DNA from: Octopus sinensis
Lineage: Eukaryota
Direction of reading: 5' to 3'
Length of the DNA: 5,968 bases
NCBI RefSeq assembly: GCF_006345805.1
Contig: NW_021829725.1
Location: 1 to 5,968, forward strand
Part shown: positions 1-5,934 of the stretch, piece by piece
Numbering within the stretch: the first letter of the stretch is position 1
How the letters are laid out: the number at the start of each line of letters is the position of its first letter
Notes under the pieces: generated by a model
Seen by the model: the letters and a program-made list of their open reading frames with translations, nothing else
Told to the model about the DNA's origin: nothing
The model's database searches: none
Program-made: the position numbers and the translations under genes

Positions 1-175
1 CCTCTCTCTCTTTTTGTTCTCCCTCTTTATTTTCTCTAACTCCTTTCTGTTGAAGAGCGTAGGCTCGAAACGTAAAAGACTTTCTCACTTTCCCGAGCGT
101 GAAACTAATACTAATGTCTGTTGTTCATACACCTATATTCGTCTTTTGTTCTTCTGTAAAATTCAACTATATAGA
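1..175 (+). mobile_element. PLE 3' end / pseudo-LTR fragment, family A (solo; window-truncated on the left)
   Basis: Pyrimidine tract, then a hammerhead-like motif (43-78), then TTTCCCGAGCG...ACTAATAC...CACCT...TTCGTCTTTTGT, ending in TATATAGATAT. It is colinear with the reverse complement of 1379-1514, which is the 3' end of the RT-GIY-YIG element. Bases 44-73 are identical to the reverse complement of 1483-1512. Confidence 0.8.
43..78 (+). ncRNA. Minimal type I hammerhead ribozyme-like motif A1 (core CUGUUGA, A6U variant)
   Basis: Stem I CUUU(43-46)/AAAG(75-78); core CUGUUGA 47-53 plus an extra A; stem II GAGC-GUAG-GCUC (55-66); GAA; palindromic ACGU stem III (70-73); predicted cleavage after A74. 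The architecture matches the minimal dimeric hammerheads known from PLE pLTRs. Confidence 0.75.
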
Positions 176-260
176 TATTTTTTTTATTAATAAAGCTGCA
201 AAGACATCACAAGAATCGTTACTCAGAGATTCACGTTGCCATTCGTCGGACGGTTTGGTT
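176..260 (-). mobile_element. PLE-type 3' end, family C (hammerhead plus AATAAA); upstream extent unresolved
   Basis: The minus strand reads hammerhead (254->215), TCTTGTGATGTCTTTGCAGCTTT, ATTAATAAA and an A-run, then abuts the family A end tail-to-tail. The AT-rich 261-600 may be further UTR but shows no recognisable coding. Confidence 0.55.
215..254 (-). ncRNA. Type I hammerhead-like motif C (core CCGACGA; GNRA-capped stem II)
   Basis: Minus strand: ACCGU-CCGACGA-AUG(GCAA)CGU-GAA-U-CUC(U)GAG-U-A-ACGAU. Stem I has 4 of 5 pairs, stem II is 3 bp with a GCAA tetraloop, and stem III is near-palindromic. Position 15.1 is U rather than A, so this copy may be dead. Confidence 0.6.
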
Positions 261-680
261 TGAGAATAGACCAAAAAATATTAAAAAATAAAGTTATATG
301 TATAAATATACAATTATATTGATAGATACACATTTGAAAATAGTCTTATTTCATTGGTTCTTTCAACTAACGGTCTTTTCAATAATCGGTTATATGACAT
401 TAAAATTAAAATTACGATTCAAAATCATATTTAAAATCGAAGAAAACCGTCAATCTAAAATTAGCTTTATTAGAAAGAAAAAATACCTGTATACCCAGGA
501 TAACATAAATTTAAATGTATATCTGTTAAAAATAGAAATATTCAATTATAATGAACGAACATCTTAAAAGTACATACACATTTACTTAAACAGGCATTAC
601 CAAAATACATGTAGATATATACAATAAATATACAAACATTGGTACATGCCGACATATATATATATACAATCAAATACAGG

Positions 681-729
681 TATATATATATATATATATA
701 TATTATATGTGTGTGTGTGTGTGTGTGTG
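681..729. repeat. (TA)n-(TG)n compound microsatellite
   Basis: Directly visible. Confidence 0.95.
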
Positions 730-730
730 A

Positions 731-888
731 GGCGCAGGAGTGGCTGTGTGGTAAGTAGCTTGTTTGCCAACCACATGGTTCCAGGGTTCAGTCCCACTGC
801 GTGGCACCCTGGGCAAGTGTCTTCTACTATAGCCTCGGCCGACCAAAGCCTTGGTAGACGGAAACTGAAAGAAGCCCGTCGTAATATG

Positions 889-949
<61 letters not shown>

Positions 950-1132
950 TGTGTGTGTTTGTCCCCCTAGCATTGCTTGACAACCGATGCTGGTGTTGTT
1001 TATGTCCCCGTTACTTAACGGTTCGGCAAAAGAGACCAATAGAATAAGTACTGGGCTTACAAAAGATTAAGTCCCGGCGTCGAGTTGCTCGATTAAAGGC
1101 GGTGCTCCAGCATGACTGCAGTCAAATGACTG
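731..1132 (+). mobile_element. tRNA-derived SINE with internal (TA)n/(TG)n tract, 3'-truncated (resembles the abundant Octopus SINE)
   Basis: A-box TGGCTGTGTGG (741-751) and B-box GGTTCAGTCC (785-794). CCTGGGCAAGT (808-818) resembles the conserved central-domain motif of CORE-like SINEs. A second unique body lies at 959-1132. The family assignment is from recall, not a search. Confidence 0.75.
889..958. repeat. (TA)n and (TG)n microsatellite inside the SINE
   Basis: Directly visible. Confidence 0.95.
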
Positions 1133-1140
1133 TTTAGAAA

Positions 1141-1364
1141 TAAGTTTAGAACTACGCACGGTGACCCATTATGTGTGTATATATATGTACGTAGATACCT
1201 CTGTCTTCCCTTCTCTGGATCTTTCCTCCTCCTATGTTTCCGACGAAGAGCTCCGCTCGAAACGTTAAACCCTCCTTCTTTCCTGAGCGTCCAATAATAC
1301 TATATTTGTTCCACGTCCTCGCGTTGTTGTGTTTTTTTTTTGGCTTTCTTGTTTGGATTAACTT
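1141..1364 (+). mobile_element. PLE pseudo-LTR / 3' end, family B (left arm of an inverted repeat pair)
   Basis: Reverse complement of 3697-3921, with substitutions at 1152, 1226, 1245, 1253 and 1289, one TA unit indel, and a T-run/G difference. It contains a hammerhead-like motif and ends in (TA)7. Confidence 0.85.
1236..1270 (+). ncRNA. Minimal type I hammerhead-like motif B1 (core CCGACGA, U4C variant)
   Basis: GUUU(1236-39)/AAAC(1267-70) stem I; CCGACGA 1240-46 plus A; GAGC-UCC-GCUC stem II; GAA; ACGU palindrome; predicted cleavage after U1266 (GUU). Confidence 0.7.
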
Positions 1365-1378
1365 TATATATATATATA
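1365..1378. repeat. (TA)7 tract shared by two tail-to-tail PLE 3' ends
   Basis: Family B (+) ends at 1364 and family A (-) ends at 1379. Confidence 0.9.
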
Positions 1379-1476
1379 ACGGGAAGCTTTATGAAAATAG
1401 ACAAAAGACGAAGGCAGGTGGGAAACAAACAAACAATTGTATTAGTATGGCGCTCAGGAAATATAAATAAAACAAG

Positions 1477-1514
1477 TCTTTAACGTTTCGAGCCTACGCT
1501 CTTCAACAGAAAGA
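1477..1514 (-). ncRNA. Minimal type I hammerhead-like motif A2 at the PLE 3' end (core CUGUUGA)
   Basis: Minus strand UCUUU-CUGUUGA-A-GAGC(GUAG)GCUC-GAA-ACGU-U-AAAGA, with a perfect 5-bp stem I and predicted cleavage after the base at 1482. Confidence 0.8.
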
Positions 1515-1684
1515 TACACAGAGAGAAAAAAAACACAGAAAGAAGGAGAGAAAAAAAATGCTTGCAGTATCTAACGAATCAACATGGCGATCTGATTTCG
1601 GCCAGAGGTCAAAGATCAAACATGAGACGCGAGAGCGAAATAAGGGGAGATAATAGGGTTGATAATAGGGTTGAATGACCAGCT

Positions 1685-2010
1685 ATTAGTGCGTAGGAGA
1701 GAGTCTGGACGTGTGTTAATGTATAGGGTTGGTGCATGTATTAGTATGTATTAGTCTGTATAAGGGGTGTGTGTGTGTGTGTGTGGTGATGTGAGAGAGT
1801 ATTAGTGCGTATGATAGGTCTGGACGTGCGTATGTATGGGGTGTTGGTTGTATGTATTAGTACGTATTAGTATGTATAAGTGTGTGTGTGTGTGTGTATG
1901 AGAGAGTATAAGTGCGTATGACGAGGGTCTGGACGTGTGTATGTATAGGGTGTGTAGTATTAGTATGTATTAGTACGTATAGTATGTAGTAGTGGTGTAT
2001 GTATTAGTAT
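1685..2010. repeat. ~110-bp imperfect tandem repeat, about 3 units, in the PLE 3' UTR
   Basis: Units start near 1685, 1801 and 1908. Each has A(T/A)TAGTGCGTA...GTCTGGACGTG...GTATTAGTA repeats, and the first two end in (GT)n-GAGAGAGT. Confidence 0.85.
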
Positions 2011-2057
2011 GGCACATCATATATGATGTGATGTGTAAAGTCGGTTGTGGTGTAGTG

Positions 2058-2315
2058 TGAGAGAGGAGAAGGGGAGAAGAAGGGGATGAGGAGGGGGAAG
2101 GAAGGAGGAAAAGAGGGGAGAGGGGGAGAGAGAGAGCGAGAGGAGTGAGGGAGCAGAGGGAAGGGGAAGAGGGAAGGAGGGAGGGAGGAAAGAGGGAAGA
2201 AGGGGAAGGGGTAGGGGTGAAGGGAATGAAAGGATGAAGGACTGAAGAAGAGTAGGGGTCGGGGGGAGGATAGGTGAGGAGGGGGGAGAGGGGGGTTAGA
2301 TGAGGAGGGGGGAGA
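2058..2315. repeat. Polypurine (G/A) low-complexity tract; C/U-rich on the PLE sense strand
   Basis: Nearly pure G/A with many G3-G6 runs. Confidence 0.9.
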
Positions 2316-3619
2316 GTTGAGACCAAATGGCGTATAAGAACGAAGAGAGAAGATTAATTCCTGTTCACGGCGCAAACGGGAATCCGGATGGCCTCTGTGT
2401 AAGGACAAACCGAACACAGATAGGTGTTGCAAGGAGTGACCGGTGGAGCGGAAATGGCGTGAGACCGGTGTGTCGTTCGCAAGGTGGATGTCACGAAGGT
2501 GTTCCGCGAACCGGTCAGCCAAGCGGCGTCCCGTTTGTCCGATGTACAAGGAATGGCAGAGAGAGAGAGCAAGAGACGCAATAGATAATATTGCTGGAGG
2601 TGCAGGTGAAGGAGTGTATGATGGGATAGGGTCGATGGTGGGTGCTAGTGAGGAGGGTGGTGTTGGAGAGGTAAGGGCAAGTGCGGCAACGTGGGCGGGA
2701 GCAGGGGAACGAGCCGGGTTGGGAGGTAGGGTCAGGGAAGGAGCTATGGACCAAAAGGTCTTGAAGGTTGTGGCTCGTTTGAAAGAGGGGAGGGGTCGGT
2801 TAGGGAAGAGGTGTGAAGTGGACGGGTCGGACGGAGATGAGACGGAAAGCTCGAAGAATGGTGCGTTGGAGACGTAGGGTCGTGGGTTTAAGTGAGGGGA
2901 AATGAGGCGGGAGACTACAGGGTGGGTTCGGGGAGAGAGAGCAGATACACGGTCCACGGACCGGCTCTGGCAAGGGCGGTGTGGATAGTGGTGAGGGGGT
3001 ATCCACGTAGGGTGAAGTGTGAGCCATACGTTGAGACTGAGTCTCAAAGTCATGGTCGTCACTACAGAGCCTACGTAGACGGAGGAATTGGGAATAGGGG
3101 ATGGAAAGCTTGGTGTGTTCTGGGTGGGAGGAAGAGAAGTTGAGGTATGAGTGTGAGTCTGTGTGTTTGTAGTGAATGGAGGTGGTAAGAGTGGAGTGAA
3201 GAATGCTAAGCGAAATGTCGAGGAAGGAGACAGAGGGTTGGAGATAATGGAAGTGAAGTGGAGGGCTGGATGGAAAGATTGGACGAAAGAGAGGAAGGAA
3301 TCTAGATGTTCACGGAGAGTGAGGTGGCACCGATAATGTCGTCAATGTAACGACCATATAGTTCAGGAGTGGGACCAGTGAAATTAGAGAATATTGGGGC
3401 CTCAACATAGCCAACGAACAGGTTCGCATAGTTGGGGCCCATTCGCGTTCCCATGGCCACTCCCGAGATCTGATGGTAGAACTCGCCCGCGAACGAGAAG
3501 CAGTTCAGAGTAACGACAAGTTCGCCAGACAAATGAGTGTGGAGGTGTCAGGTACAGGGTTAGAGCGGAGGTCAAGAAAGTGTCGAAGGGCCTGCAGTCC
3601 TTCGTGGTGAGGGATAACA

Positions 3620-3624
<5 letters not shown>
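2296..3624 (-). pseudogene. PLE polyprotein remnant: RT (3624-~2980), Cys-rich linker (~2703-2600), GIY-YIG endonuclease (~2592-2316)
   Basis: Manual translation across about 9 frameshifts gives YTVIPHHEGLQALRHFL..TLICLA/ELVVTLNCFSFAGEFYHQISGVAMGTRMGPNYANLF..RYIDD(3349-3338)..FHPALHFT..SFLDI..YLNFSSSHP..SIPYSQFLRLRRLCS..RGYP..FPCSRPRCRTCPY..FTCTSSNIIYCVSC/CHSLYIGQTGRRLADRFAEH..REQELIFSLRSYTPFGLN. The probable stop is TAA at 2298-2296. A Cys-rich linker between RT and GIY-YIG is a Neptune-clade trait. Confidence 0.93.
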
Positions 3625-3673
<49 letters not shown>

Positions 3674-3696
3674 ATATATATATATATATATATATA
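3621..3696. repeat. (TA)n microsatellite joining the RT 5' truncation to the family B 3' end
   Basis: Directly visible, with one interruption near 3671-3674. Confidence 0.95.
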
Positions 3697-3921
3697 AAGT
3701 TAATCCAAACAAGAAAGCCCAAAAAAAACACAACAACGCGAGGACGTGGAACAAATATAGTATTATTGGAGGCTCAGGAAAGAAGGAGGGTTTAACGTTT
3801 CGAGCGAAGCTCTTTGTCGGAAACATAGGAGGAAGAAAGATCCAGAGAAGGGAAGACAGAGGTATCTACGTACATATATATATACACACATAATGGGTCA
3901 CCGTGCGTATTTCTAAACTTA
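3697..3921 (-). mobile_element. PLE pseudo-LTR / 3' end, family B (right arm); may extend beyond 3921
   Basis: Inverted copy of 1141-1364. The purine-rich 3940-4080 (pyrimidine-rich on minus) could be more of its UTR. Confidence 0.85.
3790..3824 (-). ncRNA. Hammerhead-like motif B2 (core CCGACAA: U4C plus G8A, probably inactive)
   Basis: Minus strand GUUU-CCGACAA-A-GAGC(UUC)GCUC-GAA-ACGU-U-AAAC. The G8A change at 3815 is a CpG->CpA transition relative to B1. Confidence 0.65.
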
Positions 3922-3939
3922 CAACTTAGTTGTTGCAAG

Positions 3940-4330
3940 CTAGAAAGAGAAAAGGAAAAAAAGAAGATAAGGAAGTGGTGGAAAGAAATAATTTTTAAAA
4001 ATGAAAGAGAAAATAGAAAGAGAAAGAGAAAAATAAGGAAAACAGGTTGAGAAAGAGAGAGAGAGAGAGGAGAGAAATGATTTGGAAGTTGGTGTTCCCA
4101 AACCGTATCTAGATACTTCTGTTTTCAAAAGCACACATATAAAAACGCACGCATATAAAACAGACACGCATATCTACATAAGTACACACATGTATGCAAT
4201 AGTAACACACATGTAGACATATGAATATACAAATAAACATATACGTAGATATATATATATATATATCTGCATACATATATTCACATCAAGATACAAATGT
4301 ACATGATAACGTATATACGCATACAAATAT
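3940..4330. repeat. Low-complexity A/G tract followed by CATA/TA-type degenerate microsatellite
   Basis: Directly visible composition, with (GA)n at about 4053-4068 and (TA)n at about 4248-4266. Confidence 0.7.
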
Positions 4331-4611
4331 ATTAAAAGTTGTCTGGTGTATTTAATATTAAAATGAGAAAATTGATATGATATCATTCAGTGTAACATAA
4401 ATTTGAAAAATATGAATAAAAAATATAAATTTAAAATTTAAATATGAAAATTATAAAAAATGAGTAAAAATTTAACCTCTGCAAAATTTTAATTTAAATT
4501 TGCAAAATAGTGGAAGGCTTTCTTTGAAGTCGAATGTAAAATATGAAGGTGAAATATGTACCAGCTTTGTAATACTAAAAGGAGTCTATATTATAGGTGT
4601 AAAATCCAAAT

Positions 4612-5085
4612 TCAAATGCGAGAGTCAAAACATTTCCGCAAGTCAAAAAATCTCCCATACGGTATTTTTTCAGTTGACATTTTAAACCTCGCAGCGTGCC
4701 TGCAGGAATTTAAAAGCTCTCCTCTTTGGTTCAATGTATGTTTATCCTGAAACAGAATGAAAAGTTTCTCAAATAGGCACCAATTGCATGTTATTGGTCG
4801 TCTATATGCTCCATGTTTAGATGGTGCTGCTTTCTCCAAAATTGTCCAGCTGATCTAGACAGGACGGACATCATTTACTTTCAATAGCCAGACGTGTTTT
4901 GCAAGGATTGCTGCTGTCCTATTTTCGGGGTATCGAAAAGAATTTTGGTGGGAATAAAACCTAGGCTTGAAAGAATTTTCCGAAGCTCATGTGTATATTT
5001 TGTATTCCTATGAGCCAGCTATATGTACTTTAAATCCATGAACTATTCCTTTCTCAACACATTTTCCTCCTAACTGATAGCAATT
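4612..5085 (-). pseudogene. GIY-YIG endonuclease C-terminal region of a second PLE lineage (Naiad/Nematis-like)
   Basis: One frame reads NCYQLGGKCVEKGIVHGFKVHIAGS*EYKIYT*ASENSFKPRFYSHQNSFRYPENRTAAILAKHVWLLKVNDVRPV*ISWTILEKAAPS..TCNWCLFEKLFILFQDKHTLNQRGELLNSCRHAARFK. This fits the C-x4-G-x-C / FKxRxxxHxxSF / L-x-K-H-(I/V)-W-x-LK / WxIL / CxxC-EK-LN-R-EL-CRH pattern I recognise from that PLE group. Stops are at 5010-5008, 4989-4987 and 4857-4855. Confidence 0.8.
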
Positions 5086-5110
5086 GGTCCCATTTCAGAG
5101 TTAATTCATA
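5083..5110 (+). repeat. 28-bp direct repeat, copy 1
   Basis: ATTGGTCCC-ATTTCAGAGTTAATTCATA matches 5548-5576 except for one extra A in the second copy. Confidence 0.9.
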
Positions 5111-5547
5111 AGAATTTTCTCCTCCTCAGCGATAAATACGTAAGACATAAATGAAATACTTACTCATACTCATGAAAAAAGCAAGCACTTAGTCCTGAGC
5201 AGACCTAAGTACCCCAAACATATCCGAAATAGAAAATCTTCAGCACATCTCGAGACACGTGTGATTCGAACTAGAAACTTTCACAGAGTGAGAGAGTCCG
5301 TAAGTGAACACTATTAAATTTACATGTAATGTAGGATAAAATGTTTTCGTAAAAAAAATTTTATCAATGGCCAGCATGTTAAAATATATCTTTAAATGTT
5401 AAATTTATAAATAACTTATAAAATAAGGGCAAAAGAAAAATGCTAATGCCAAATATGCCGAAAATAGACAAATTGTCCACAACCATTATAATTTATGCGA
5501 CTCGAAAAAAGCCGATAGAAATTTCTGAAAAATTCCGTTATTACTGT

Positions 5548-5576
5548 ATTGGTCCCAATTTCAGAGTTAATTCATA
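5548..5576 (+). repeat. 28/29-bp direct repeat, copy 2
   Basis: ATTGGTCCCAATTTCAGAGTTAATTCATA. Confidence 0.9.
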
Positions 5577-5934
5577 TATATATATATAACAAAGTGAACT
5601 TATAAGGTACCTCACGAGTGGAATTATATAAGAAAAAAGGTTTGAAAATGCAATTTTAAAAGATGTTTATTCACTTGACCGGCTTCACATTAGAAAAAGA
5701 TTGTCAAAAGTAACATGTAAAAGCTTTGTTGTGATAGGTACTGGTTGTCACAAAATATTACAATACATATATACATTCTTTGATAATAATAAGAAAATGC
5801 TAAAAACAATTTACAGAAAAACTTTTTGAGAAATTGTTAACAAGTTCATAAAACCAATTAGGATTTCATTCGAAATCATGTTTGTTTGAAGTATATACAC
5901 AGAAAATTATAAGTTCAAAAGGTCATATTTTGGT

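Larger units (their letters stand above)
1379..3624 (-). mobile_element. 5'-truncated Penelope-like retroelement, Neptune-type
   Basis: RT, Cys-rich linker and C-terminal GIY-YIG coding remnants, followed by a long 3' UTR and a hammerhead-bearing 3' end that terminates in (TA)n. Confidence 0.92.

Noticed and set aside
298-567. 89-aa ORF (and the similar AT-rich ORFs at 3940-4750)
   Set aside because: Composition is I/K/Y/F-biased as expected from AT-rich non-coding DNA, with no motifs.
731-800. Functional tRNA gene
   Set aside because: The A and B boxes are present but I cannot build a cloverleaf or acceptor stem, and the sequence continues into a SINE body.
597-1039. ORFs 597..983, 646..897 and 827..1039
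   Set aside because: They are read-throughs of (TA)n/(TG)n (YIYI and VCVC runs) and SINE sequence.
1234-1470. ORF pair MFPTKS... (1234..1470 + and 3572..3826 -) as a duplicated small gene
   Set aside because: Both are incidental frames across the non-coding family B repeat, and they diverge once they enter (TA)n.
1685-2010. CRISPR-like repeat-spacer array
   Set aside because: The units are degenerate, microsatellite-containing tandem repeats without unique spacers, in eukaryotic context.
1970-2326. Pro/Ser-rich ORF and the C-terminal tail of the 352-aa ORF
   Set aside because: These are translations of the C/T low-complexity UTR. The 352-aa ORF is a mosaic that is in the true frame only in patches.
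2327-3143. Plus-strand ORFs 2327..2584, 2443..2877 and 2892..3143
   Set aside because: They are antisense shadows of the C-rich PLE coding strand, with no recognisable motifs.
1141-3921. DNA transposon or MITE with terminal inverted repeats
   Set aside because: There is no transposase and no target-site duplication at 1140/3922. The arms contain PLE-type hammerheads, end internally in (TA)n tails, and the cargo is a retroelement.
3935-3965. Displaced 3' tail of the SINE, which would imply that 1133-3921 inserted as one block
   Set aside because: The resemblance is only generic A/G richness and cannot be supported without a consensus alignment.
4651-4673. Possible degenerate hammerhead after the Naiad-like ORF (minus CTGAAAAAATACCGTATGGGAGA)
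   Set aside because: It lacks G8, a GAAA and a convincing stem I or stem III.
4987-4989. In-frame TGA as selenocysteine (Sec-encoding Naiad elements are known)
   Set aside because: The TGA falls at the Gly position of the YIG-like motif (GGA->TGA), not at a Cys position, and two TAG stops occur in the same frame, which indicates ordinary decay.
5240-5315. Second tRNA-derived SINE on the minus strand
   Set aside because: Only a B-box-like 9-mer supports it, with no good A-box; it is mentioned only within the direct-repeat finding.
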